DNA from: an uncultured archaeon
GTDB taxonomy: Archaea > Aenigmatarchaeota > Aenigmatarchaeia > GW2011-AR5
Direction of reading: 5' to 3'
Length of the DNA stretch: 22,842 bases
Assembly: GCA_964373695.1 (NCBI GenBank)
Contig: CAYJVT010000012.1
Location: 1 to 22,842, forward strand
Below the pieces are notes generated by a model. It worked only from the letters and a program-made list of their open reading frames with translations. It made no database searches and was not told where the DNA came from. Made by a program: the position numbers and the translations under genes. Shown here in pieces: positions 1 to 7,859 of the stretch. How positions within the stretch are numbered: the stretch's first letter is position 1; every line of letters starts with the position of its first letter.

Positions 1-288
1 GGGGACTTTCTACCTCAGATAAGAAACGAATTTGACAGGAAATATAAATGAAAATTATTTTCTTTCGAATCTGCAGATTCCACTGCCTTTGCTCAAAAGA
101 ATTCCTTGAATTCTTTTGGCAATTCGAGAAAGCTACGCTTTCTACAAATCAAGCAGTGGTTAAAAGTGGAATCTGAGATGCAAGGAAGAGCTGTGCTCTT
201 CCGACACAGGCAGACTTTCAGTCTGCCATGTGCTCAATGAACTTGTTGTATTTTAACAAGCCACCGTCTTCAGACGGTGGTCATTGAC
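1..288 (-). ncRNA. Putative IscB-type omegaRNA (HEARO-like) scaffold / IS200-IS605 family element end; runs off the left edge
   Basis: The minus strand begins GTCAATGA-CCACCGTC-TGAA-GACGGTGG-CTTGTT..AACAAG-TTCATTGAG. The 5' TCAATGA pairs with TCATTGA and closes two hairpins, as in omegaRNA/HEARO 5' ends. Further stems follow (CAGATTCCACT/AGTGGAATCTG, GGCAGAC/GTCTGCC, GGAAGAGC/GCTCTTCC). No effector ORF lies inside the window. Confidence 0.6.
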
Positions 289-383
289 ATTTAGGCAGCA
301 TGTCCAGGCGTTCACGCAGCTTACAGGATGCGCGAGATAAAGATACTTTCTCTATGACTGAGTAAATCCATCCTTAGGAAAGC

Positions 384-391
384 TTTAAATA
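384..391 (+). promoter_or_regulatory. TATA-box-like element upstream of the vapBC pair
   Basis: TTTAAATA ~30 nt before the ATG at 421, preceded by a purine-rich BRE-like stretch. Confidence 0.45.
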
Positions 392-420
392 TAATTAAAG
401 TATAATTATATTTGGTGATA

Positions 421-642
421 ATGATGGAAACAGTTGTAAAGCCGAGAAAATGGGGGAATTCTATAGGAATAGCGATACCGAAGGATATAGTCGAAAAAGA
501 AAAAATTACACTGAAAGACGATCTGGTGGTGGATATACGAAAGAAGCGGAATGTAGAAGAAGTGAAGAAATTCTTCGGTAAATTCAAGTTCAGCCAAAGC
601 ACGCAACAGATAAAGGATGAGATGCGCAAGGGATGGGAATGA
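421..642 (+). CDS. vapB: AbrB/MazE/SpoVT-type antitoxin (VapB)
   Basis: RKWGNSIGIAIPK AbrB motif; directly abuts a PIN gene; start could be GTG at 412. Confidence 0.9.
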   Translation: MMETVVKPRKWGNSIGIAIPKDIVEKEKITLKDDLVVDIRKKRNVEEVKKFFGKFKFSQSTQQIKDEMRKGWE

Positions 643-1005
643 ATGACTACATATTTTTATGACAGCTATGCGGTCATAGAGTATTTCAAAGGCAACCAGA
701 AATACGTCAAATATTTCGAGCAAAATGACGGGGTATTAACCCACATGAATCTTATGGAAATCCACCACCCCATTCTAAGGCAATTTTCAGAAAAAGATGC
801 TGATGATGTTGCAAAGACATTCAGCCAATTTATTTCAATACCATCACCGGAAGAAATCATTGCAGCATCGAAATTCAGGCTTCAAAATAAGAACATATCA
901 TTTGTGGATGCAATTGGATATATTTGCGCAAAAAACAATGGCATAAAATTCCTTACTGGAGACAAAGAATTTGAAAAATTTTCGAATGTGGAATTTGTGA
1001 AATAA
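643..1005 (+). CDS. vapC: PIN-domain toxin VapC
   Basis: FYDSYAVIE, SFVDA and LTGDKEF PIN motifs; 120 aa. Confidence 0.92.
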   Translation: MTTYFYDSYAVIEYFKGNQKYVKYFEQNDGVLTHMNLMEIHHPILRQFSEKDADDVAKTFSQFISIPSPEEIIAASKFRLQNKNISFVDAIGYICAKNNGIKFLTGDKEFEKFSNVEFVK

Positions 1006-1013
1006 AAAATATA

Positions 1014-1739
1014 TTATTTCTTATTCATTTCCATTCTTGGCAGCCCGTGCAGCGTTCCCATATCTGTTCCGTCAAGAAGATACGCATGAGCGCTTCGCGC
1101 CACAAGCAATTTTGCTATCGGGCCTATGAAACGCTGCTCATTCACGATGGAAGCGCCGCACAGCTCGTTGAATGCCGGCATGATAGTGAGTTCTTTGCCG
1201 TCCTTCAGCATGCCTTGAACCCACGCCGGCTCGATATATATGGCGCCCATCTCGTCCTTCAGCTTCACGTGAGGCTGGTTGTGGCCTATGATAATATGGC
1301 TTTTACGGGTTTTGACGTTCCTATGGCCGTGCGTCAGGCAATAATCGCCTATAGTGACGGATTTCCTGACAGGCACCTTCCCTATCACCGTCTCTATGGA
1401 GCCGTCGTGGTTTCCCTTCACTATGACTATGTCGCGGAACTTCACGATGGAAAGGAAGTCCGGAACTTCCTCCGCCTCCCTTGGAGTGGCGTGGGTGATT
1501 TCGTGCTTCACGTCGCCGAGTATCACCAGGCGTTTCGTCCGCGTCCTTCTTTTCAGGATGTTGACGCGCCCGGCCATCCCGGCGACCTGAGACGGCAGCG
1601 AGACGCCGTTCTCCCACATCCCCCCTGTTATGCCTATGTGAAGGTCAGTTATCACGAGCGAGGCGCCGAGCTTCATTGCCGGGTGGTTCCTCACAAAACT
1701 TGCCGAGAAGCTGCGCTTCCCGGATTTCGCGGCTTTCAT
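1014..1739 (-). CDS. Calcineurin-like metallophosphoesterase (COG1407-like)
   Basis: DLHIG, LGD, GNHD, HGH and GH motifs. Confidence 0.88.
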   Translation of the reverse strand: MKAAKSGKRSFSASFVRNHPAMKLGASLVITDLHIGITGGMWENGVSLPSQVAGMAGRVNILKRRTRTKRLVILGDVKHEITHATPREAEEVPDFLSIVKFRDIVIVKGNHDGSIETVIGKVPVRKSVTIGDYCLTHGHRNVKTRKSHIIIGHNQPHVKLKDEMGAIYIEPAWVQGMLKDGKELTIMPAFNELCGASIVNEQRFIGPIAKLLVARSAHAYLLDGTDMGTLHGLPRMEMNKK

Positions 1740-1772
1740 AATCCTTATAAGACAGGAAAATCATTATAAACC

Positions 1773-2174
1773 ATGAAAAAAGTGGCCTTGGTTGCTATTC
1801 TGATTCTGACATCTTTCGCGCTTGCCAGCGAGGTCAACGTAGGGAGCATAGATATAGTGAACGGCACGCTGGTTACGATGGACATAGGAGCGACGCCTTA
1901 CGGCGGGATAAACGGCAGCATCCGTCTTCGGTTAGGAAGCAGCGAATGGTACCCAGATTCTGTATGGCTGCTCCCTGCGGGCACCAACACCGGCGACTTC
2001 AACTACACCGGGCGCACTTACAGGCTGCCCACCAGCATGAACATGACGAACAACTGCATCTCCAGCATATACGAGTCCGAAAGTGGATACGCTTTCAAGG
2101 CGACGGTGAAGGAGCAGGGAAAGTTCTGCATACTTGCCGACTCAGGGAGCTACAGGATAACGGCTGAGTACTGA
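1773..2174 (+). CDS. Secreted hypothetical protein
   Basis: Signal peptide MKKVALVAILILTSFALA; host-like codon usage. Confidence 0.7.
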   Translation: MKKVALVAILILTSFALASEVNVGSIDIVNGTLVTMDIGATPYGGINGSIRLRLGSSEWYPDSVWLLPAGTNTGDFNYTGRTYRLPTSMNMTNNCISSIYESESGYAFKATVKEQGKFCILADSGSYRITAEY

Positions 2175-2377
2175 TGAAGAAAGTTATCATAGCCGCTTTC
2201 GTGATAACGCTTGCATTGTCGGCGGCAATAATAAGCCTGCGACCGACAGGAATGCTGGTTTCTTCCGGGAGCGGGGAAAAGGAAAGGATGACGGTCGATG
2301 TCGGAAGCGCCGAAATAGAAGCCGGGAAACTGGAATTTATGGATATCAACTTCGATTTCGCCATGAAATCTATATAA
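2174..2377 (+). CDS. Small membrane-anchored hypothetical protein
   Basis: N-terminal hydrophobic helix; start overlaps the upstream stop (TGATG). Confidence 0.6.
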   Translation: MKKVIIAAFVITLALSAAIISLRPTGMLVSSGSGEKERMTVDVGSAEIEAGKLEFMDINFDFAMKSI

Positions 2378-2412
2378 AGGGGCCGGAAAATAAATATCAT
2401 AAGGTAATCTGA

Positions 2413-2910
2413 ATGAAGAAAGGTATAACCCCCGTAATAGCGATAATACTTCTGCTTCTTATCACAATATCTATGGTAGGCTTTGCCTTCGTGTGGTTCT
2501 CCAGGGTCGCGCAGACCGCCACAGAGCAGACCGAGAAGCAGCTCCAGAGCGACCTCAGCAGGCAGGGCAAGAAGATAGCGATTGACAACCTGCAGCTTTC
2601 CACGGGCGTTCTGGAAGGCAGCGTCTCGATAAGGAACATAGGAACTTCGAACATCGCTGCAGGTGACATAAAGCTCTATGTCAACAACGCCGTGCAGGTC
2701 GGTTGCGACTCCCTGGCGCTGGCTGCAGGCGCGGTGGGCTCATGCGACATAGATGTAAACACATGCAATTCCGATTCCGGAAACACGCTCAGGGTGACGG
2801 CTCCAGGCAACCAGGACCAGGTCACCTGCGGAACAGGTCCTGGCGGAGCAGGCGGAGCAGGCGGCGGGCAGCAGCAACAGGGCGGCGGCGGGCCACCGCC
2901 ACCACCATGA
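2413..2910 (+). CDS. Archaeal type IV pilin/archaellin-like protein with a G/Q/P low-complexity tail
   Basis: Class III signal peptide MKKG|ITPVIAIILLLLITISMVGFAFVWF; Cys residues in the globular domain. Confidence 0.88.
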   Translation: MKKGITPVIAIILLLLITISMVGFAFVWFSRVAQTATEQTEKQLQSDLSRQGKKIAIDNLQLSTGVLEGSVSIRNIGTSNIAAGDIKLYVNNAVQVGCDSLALAAGAVGSCDIDVNTCNSDSGNTLRVTAPGNQDQVTCGTGPGGAGGAGGGQQQQGGGGPPPPP

Positions 2911-2920
2911 GTTGGATAAT

Positions 2921-3112
2921 ATGAAAATAATTTTAGTCGGTCTGGTGCTTTTAGTGGTATTGATAGCCGGATGTGCCGGAAACACCCGGACAGCGGAACA
3001 GAGCACGCCCGATTCCAACGTGCCGGCAGCGCCTTCAACGCCGTCCGATACCGGAGGCAGCGCGCCCTCAGCGCCGGGCGGAGCGCCCTCGGCACCCGGA
3101 ATTCCCGGATAA
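2921..3112 (+). CDS. Small Pro/Ser/Ala-rich lipoprotein
   Basis: Lipobox LIAGC; tandem APSAPG repeats. Confidence 0.75.
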   Translation: MKIILVGLVLLVVLIAGCAGNTRTAEQSTPDSNVPAAPSTPSDTGGSAPSAPGGAPSAPGIPG

Positions 3113-3156
3113 AGTTTTATAAACAGACCAAGTGAAAGATAAAGCAGAGTGAAAAA

Positions 3157-4089
3157 ATGAAAAAGCAAAAAGCGAAAAAAACTTCCCGGAACAGCAGATA
3201 TTTTCTCGAGGCCGGGCTTGTTGCCGTTCTCGTGGCGGGCGCCTTCGCATTCAGTGCTTATGATAATTTTGTCTCAACCGGCTATTCTCTTCAGAGGTTT
3301 CCCGGCATTTCCCTCACCGCTTCTTTGCCATCATGGGCGACATGGGCAGGAGTGCCTTGGAGCCTGTTCAATTCGAATGCCATTGCCAACATAAACGAGA
3401 ACGAAACGCTTATCCTGGCCGTCCCCGACCCTGCTGCTTACAACGAAGGCCTGAAGGATGTGAATTTCAACATAACGGCGCAGGGAGATTATATATGGAA
3501 GACGGGATGGCTGTATAACGGAACAAAATGGGTACCGTTCACGTTTTCCGCCAATGAAATTCTGGGCGGCAGCAGCCAATATTATTCGAGCGGATGGGTC
3601 ACTAACGCATCCATCGCAACGGTAAACAGCCAGAGCAATTCCAACCTGAGCAGGCTCAAGCCAGGAGGCTACTGGTTTGTCGCCTACACCTGCCAGTACG
3701 TCAACAGCCAGTGGAAGTGCGGATGCCGCACGGCAACCGACTGCGGAAAGTGGCAGCTGCAGAATATGATAATAAACAGTTCATCGAACCTTGCAGTCAA
3801 CACAAACCTGTTTGACGACTACCTGAACGCTCCGGAGGCAGAAAGGCCACTCCTACAGGAGCAGATTACCGGCGGGCGGACAGTTGTAGTGCCTTCCGTA
3901 TCGGCCTTGCAGGCCGACTTTAGCGGAAACAGAGTAGTGGACTACGATGATTTCTTCCAGTTCGCGGACGTCTTCGGCAAGACAGTGCTGGAAAACCCGG
4001 CATGGCAGAAATTCGATCTTGACGGCGACTTTACGGTGGACTTCGAGGATTTCTTTGCATTCGCATCCAGATTCGGCCAGACTGTCTAG
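3157..4089 (+). CDS. Membrane-anchored surface protein with a Cys motif and C-terminal dockerin/EF-hand-like duplicated repeat
   Basis: N-terminal TM helix; TCQYVNSQWKCGCRTATDC; repeats ADFSGNRVVDYDDFFQFADVFG and FDLDGDFTVDFEDFFAFASRFG. Confidence 0.8.
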   Translation: MKKQKAKKTSRNSRYFLEAGLVAVLVAGAFAFSAYDNFVSTGYSLQRFPGISLTASLPSWATWAGVPWSLFNSNAIANINENETLILAVPDPAAYNEGLKDVNFNITAQGDYIWKTGWLYNGTKWVPFTFSANEILGGSSQYYSSGWVTNASIATVNSQSNSNLSRLKPGGYWFVAYTCQYVNSQWKCGCRTATDCGKWQLQNMIINSSSNLAVNTNLFDDYLNAPEAERPLLQEQITGGRTVVVPSVSALQADFSGNRVVDYDDFFQFADVFGKTVLENPAWQKFDLDGDFTVDFEDFFAFASRFGQTV

Positions 4090-4134
4090 GAATGTTTCTA
4101 GTAATTTTATCTGACATGGAATGAAGATAATTTA

Positions 4135-4884
4135 TCATACTTTCTGCATCTGTTTCCATGCCCGGCTGACTTCTTCCTGCAAGCCTTCTGGCACATTCTT
4201 CTTCAATTTATTGAAGAAAAACTCCACGCGCTCCTCCCTGTCCGGATTTTTTGTGACAGCAAGCGCGCCGTTCGCTATCTCATAGACCGGCCACAGAAGG
4301 CATTCAGTCGCAAGCTTGGCCACCTCTATGGTGTTTGACGGCTCGTATCCCCATGACGGATTCGGTGCCAGGATTTCAATGAATGAAAATCCATTGTTTG
4401 AATACGCTTTCTTCAGCTTCGTCATGTAGTCGTTGTAGAAGGCCACTGAGGCAGTTGCTGCATAACCGCCCACGGCCGGGGCAAGCTGCCTGAAGTTAAT
4501 CATGTTGTTGTAGCACACGTAGATGACATTTTCGTCCATGGAAACCAGGGACGGAAGGTCTCTGACGGACGAGTCCCTGTCCGCGAATACGACGACCTTA
4601 GCCTTGTCTTGAAGGGCTCTTGACAGGCCCTGTGCGAATGCGGCAGGCTTCCTGGAAACGACGAAAGGGACGCCAGCGTTTCTGGCAGCCACAGTGACGG
4701 GACCGGATGCGATCACTACAATGTTGTCAACAGCCTGGATGGCCAGCTTCAGCGCGATAAGCTCCCCTGAGCCCGGAGCAAGGGATGCGCTGCCGAATAC
4801 CTCCTTGCTGAGGCTGGAAATGTTGAAGCTCTTCACCTCTTCCTCCACATTCCTATATTCAAACGGCAGTTCCTTCTCTTCCAT
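4135..4884 (-). CDS. porB: Pyruvate:ferredoxin oxidoreductase beta-subunit homolog, degenerate
   Basis: YVCYNN, YAATASVAFYNDYMTKLKKA, SFIEILAP and WPVYEI match PorB. The true start is likely ATG 4884 (GTGA RBS upstream); the longer listed ORF overlaps another gene. Confidence 0.8.
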   Translation of the reverse strand: MEEKELPFEYRNVEEEVKSFNISSLSKEVFGSASLAPGSGELIALKLAIQAVDNIVVIASGPVTVAARNAGVPFVVSRKPAAFAQGLSRALQDKAKVVVFADRDSSVRDLPSLVSMDENVIYVCYNNMINFRQLAPAVGGYAATASVAFYNDYMTKLKKAYSNNGFSFIEILAPNPSWGYEPSNTIEVAKLATECLLWPVYEIANGALAVTKNPDREERVEFFFNKLKKNVPEGLQEEVSRAWKQMQKV

Positions 4885-4889
4885 AACTA

Positions 4890-5324
4890 TCACTTCTTTT
4901 CCATGGCTTCCCTCAGGCTTTTCCTGAAGCCCTCGACCCTTGAAAGCATTTCCTCCACGCGCTTTTCCAGGAGGCCTTCCTGACCTTCCATGTAATACCA
5001 CGTCGAATACTCGAGGTATTTCCTTTCCAGGCGGGCGCGCTTCACCCCAAGCCCGCGGCGGGAGCATATGAGGAAGAGCTCGTTGTGCTTCGGGAACCTC
5101 TTCTTCACTTCCAGCACCGGCGCGGGGCCGTTTTCCTCCAGGAATTTCATGAAAGCCGACGGGTTCCCGGCCTCTGGCTTCCTCAGCCCCTTCACCCAGT
5201 GGTATGCGCATGAGTACGACACACCGAGCTTCTTTGCGATGTCGTCAACGGCCATGCCTTGGTCATGAAGCGTCAGAGCGCTCCCGTACCGTGACGAATA
5301 ATGCTCCTTGCCTTTCCTTATCAT
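4890..5324 (-). CDS. Helix-turn-helix protein
   Basis: GMAVDDIAKKLGVSYSCAYHWVKG HTH; start uncertain (5324 or 5348). Confidence 0.75.
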   Translation of the reverse strand: MIRKGKEHYSSRYGSALTLHDQGMAVDDIAKKLGVSYSCAYHWVKGLRKPEAGNPSAFMKFLEENGPAPVLEVKKRFPKHNELFLICSRRGLGVKRARLERKYLEYSTWYYMEGQEGLLEKRVEEMLSRVEGFRKSLREAMEKK

Positions 5325-5462
5325 TATGCGGGTAAATACCAGAGGCATCTGTTTATGTTTGATGGCTCAGCAGCTACCCGTTGCACTCACTGCGCTTGAC
5401 GCGCTCGTTCTGGGACAGCATCTTCATCGCCACTTCATAATTGAATGGCGACGTTATTAAGG

Positions 5463-6434
5463 TTACAGCCACAACGTTCCGGTTTCGGACTTCTTCAGCT
5501 TCGAGAAGAGCGACAAAACGTCCTTTTCCACCAGGGTCTTTCCTGACGTTTCCAACTTCAGGTCGCTCCCGATCCCGGCAAGCAAGCCGCACGAGTCTAT
5601 GAGCGCGACCTTCTTCCCTTTCAGCGCCTCCTGAACCGGCGGCATGGGGCGGACGACGCGGAGCCTGAGCATCCCGGCCTTCTCGCCTGACGCTCTCATG
5701 GAATTGACCGCGTCCCTCACCACAGATGAATCGCATCCTGCCACCACGAATGTGTATTCAGCGTCTTCCATCATATACGACTCAAGCATGCCGTATTTGC
5801 GCCTGAATTTCTCCTCCCACTTCTCGAAGGTCTTTTTCAGGACTTCTGGAGTGTTCTTCGCAGCCTTCGACTTCTGTATGTCTTTCTCCGTGTCCTCGAA
5901 TGGCATGTTGAACGATATGGGCTTTTTCACATCAATCCTTGCAGGCAGCCTGAGCCTGGGGAGCATGTTCCCGACAGCCTGCTCCGAAGGAACCTGGACG
6001 ACCTCCCTGGTTTCCCAGTTCCCGACAGCCACGATTGCAGGCAGGAGAACCTTGTTGTCCTCACATACCCTGTAAGCCTGCACCACGTTGTCCAGGATTT
6101 CCTGCGGCCTTTCAGGCGCAAATATTATCACATCAGAGTTCATTACGCTTCCTATGTCGCGGCACAACTTGCTCACTATCACCACGGGAAGCCTCATCGA
6201 CGCGGCAGACGACACCTCGTCTGCGTCCACACCTGAGACGATTGCGATGGACCTCTTTTCGGCTAGCGACGAGCCGCAAGCGGCCGTTATCCCATTGAAT
6301 GAGCTGAAAACCACCGAATTGGATATGTTCCTCATTTTTGCGGAGAAACCGGCGTCCGATGACGACGCGAGCTCCACTCCTGCAGCTTTCGCTGCGTATG
6401 CGGCGGCCTGGAACCCGTCGGCTATGTCGTTCAT
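5463..6434 (-). CDS. porA: Pyruvate:ferredoxin oxidoreductase alpha-subunit homolog, degenerate
   Basis: SMRLPVV, QEILDNVVQAYRVCED-KVLLP, FGRKYG-like FRRKYGMLE-Y-MEDAEY and LRLRVVRP match PorA; the start at 6434 overlaps the porD stop (ATGA). Confidence 0.82.
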   Translation of the reverse strand: MNDIADGFQAAAYAAKAAGVELASSSDAGFSAKMRNISNSVVFSSFNGITAACGSSLAEKRSIAIVSGVDADEVSSAASMRLPVVIVSKLCRDIGSVMNSDVIIFAPERPQEILDNVVQAYRVCEDNKVLLPAIVAVGNWETREVVQVPSEQAVGNMLPRLRLPARIDVKKPISFNMPFEDTEKDIQKSKAAKNTPEVLKKTFEKWEEKFRRKYGMLESYMMEDAEYTFVVAGCDSSVVRDAVNSMRASGEKAGMLRLRVVRPMPPVQEALKGKKVALIDSCGLLAGIGSDLKLETSGKTLVEKDVLSLFSKLKKSETGTLWL

Positions 6435-6700
6435 TCCTGTTCCTCCGCTATAGCCGTAGTCGGGCATTCCCTGAGACATATCAGGCATCCGTCGCACTTG
6501 TCATAGTTTATCGAGGGGAAGCCGTCTTTTCCCGCTTTTATGGCGTTCTCCGGACAGTAGACCACGCACCTGTACGTCTTGTCGCATCTCTTGAGGTCTA
6601 TAATCGGCTTGTGCATCCTCATGGCGGAAGGCTTTTCCGCATGCACATCGGGCAGGATTTTGGAGACGTCGTACTTGACCTCGTTTTCGTTTATCATCAT
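6431..6700 (-). CDS. porD: PFOR delta subunit (2x[4Fe-4S] ferredoxin)
   Basis: KPIIDLKRC..; second motif CDGCLICLRECP is intact; first motif has one Cys replaced by Thr (CDKTYRCVVYCP). Confidence 0.88.
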   Translation of the reverse strand: MMINENEVKYDVSKILPDVHAEKPSAMRMHKPIIDLKRCDKTYRCVVYCPENAIKAGKDGFPSINYDKCDGCLICLRECPTTAIAEEQE

Positions 6701-7167
6701 TTCACTTCCCTGTATCCGGCATCAAAGGCTGCCTGTAGGGCCTTGTCATTCCCAGACTCCTCCTCTATGGCGGACTTCATGCTCTTTATCGAAACCTTGG
6801 AAAACAGCTTCGTCAGGCCGCCCAAAACAGACATCCCGTCACTTGAGCCGACAGCGTGGGACTTTGCCTTGACGCCTTTCACCACCGCCTTGTCCTTTGA
6901 GAAAATGACGGAGCCGTCCTTGAGGCCGTCGAAAGCCTTTGCAGGCGGCTTCTCGTCAACAAGCAGCAGATAGTCGCATGGTTCAGGAGACCTTGAAGTG
7001 ATGATTTTGTCGGCTTTCACATATGCTATATTATAGCCATTAGGCTCCGGCGACCTGAATATGAAATCCACCACGTCCATACCCGAAAGAAAGCAGGCCC
7101 GGCCAAGGACGCGCCTTATCCTGTCAACCCTGTCCGCTCCTCTACCGTATATTTTAAACGTAGTCAT
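6697..7167 (-). CDS. porG: PFOR gamma-subunit homolog, divergent
   Basis: FKIYGRG N-terminus, DYLLLVD, N..ALQAAFDAGY C-terminus; operon position. Confidence 0.78.
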   Translation of the reverse strand: MTTFKIYGRGADRVDRIRRVLGRACFLSGMDVVDFIFRSPEPNGYNIAYVKADKIITSRSPEPCDYLLLVDEKPPAKAFDGLKDGSVIFSKDKAVVKGVKAKSHAVGSSDGMSVLGGLTKLFSKVSIKSMKSAIEEESGNDKALQAAFDAGYREVK

Positions 7168-7193
7168 TCGTACCTTCTCTCAACCCCGAAGAA

Positions 7194-7493
7194 TTAAACA
7201 GTGGGCTTCTCTTCTATGGCTTCCTTATCTTCCTCTATAGTGCTCGGTGTGACGTGCTTTATGAGGACGATGTCGCCTACCGACTGCACCATGGTGAAGG
7301 GCACTATAACGCCCTTCTTGTCGCCAACCATGCTGGCGAAAAAGGAGCCCCTCACGGCGTCAATAACTATTGACTTTACCCGGAATTTCTCTAGGTCTAT
7401 GCCGATATCCACGACCTTCCCGCAGTATGAGCCCTTGTTCGTAAATACATCCTTTTTCGTTACGTCAGAAAAACTCCTCATGTTCGAAGGCAT
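7194..7493 (-). CDS. PRC-barrel domain protein
   Basis: VFTNKGSYCGKVVDIGID...VIVPFTMVQSVGDIVLIK, typical archaeal PRC barrel. Confidence 0.9.
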   Translation of the reverse strand: MPSNMRSFSDVTKKDVFTNKGSYCGKVVDIGIDLEKFRVKSIVIDAVRGSFFASMVGDKKGVIVPFTMVQSVGDIVLIKHVTPSTIEEDKEAIEEKPTV

Positions 7494-7685
7494 TGTTAAT
7501 CACCAACCTCTTGTTATTATACAGTTCAAAACATTTAAAGATTATACCATTTTTTGCCTGATTTATTAAATCTTGTCATCAAAGATTATCTACAGAGAGT
7601 ATGGCTTTTAAGACATATTCTCTGAGATCAAAGCATCCATAGACTGCGGGCTAAAGCCCGCAGATAAGAATGCTTATGAACATAT

Positions 7686-7792
7686 GCTGGGATAGCCAAG
7701 CTTGGTCTACGGCGCAGACCGGGAAACCGGGCGTAAGTTTGCTAAACCTGTGAGATTAACTTCTCGCGAGGGTTCAAATCCCTCTCCCAGCG
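7686..7792 (+). tRNA. tRNA-Ser(GCT) with a 19-nt BHB intron (7718-7736) at position 29/30
   Basis: Acceptor GCTGGGA/TCCCAGC; T arm GAGGG-TTCAAAT-CCCTC; long variable arm; splicing restores CAGGT-TTGCTAA-ACCTG. Confidence 0.9.
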
Positions 7793-7859
7793 CTCATCTG
7801 CAAAGAAGCTTAGCTTCTTTGAGATCAAAGTATTCATATAATTTTTATCAGGAATACTT

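Noticed and set aside
2-52. Plus-strand frame GDFLPQIRNEFDRKYK* as the end of a tnpB gene
   Set aside because: No zinc-finger or RuvC-III motif; the RNA structure is better explained on the minus strand
321-860. Minus-strand ORFs 321-629, 406-723 and 666-860
   Set aside because: Antisense shadows of vapB/vapC with no motifs
1047-1769. 240-aa plus-strand ORF and smaller overlaps
   Set aside because: Antisense to the metallophosphoesterase, which has all family motifs
4885-5211. N-terminal extension of the listed 358-aa ORF 4135-5211
   Set aside because: Overlaps the HTH gene in another frame; PorB similarity and an RBS begin at 4884
5349-5462. Possible fluoride or TPP riboswitch in the porA-HTH spacer
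   Set aside because: Only partial motif resemblance (GGCGATG, GCTGAG); the required pairings are absent
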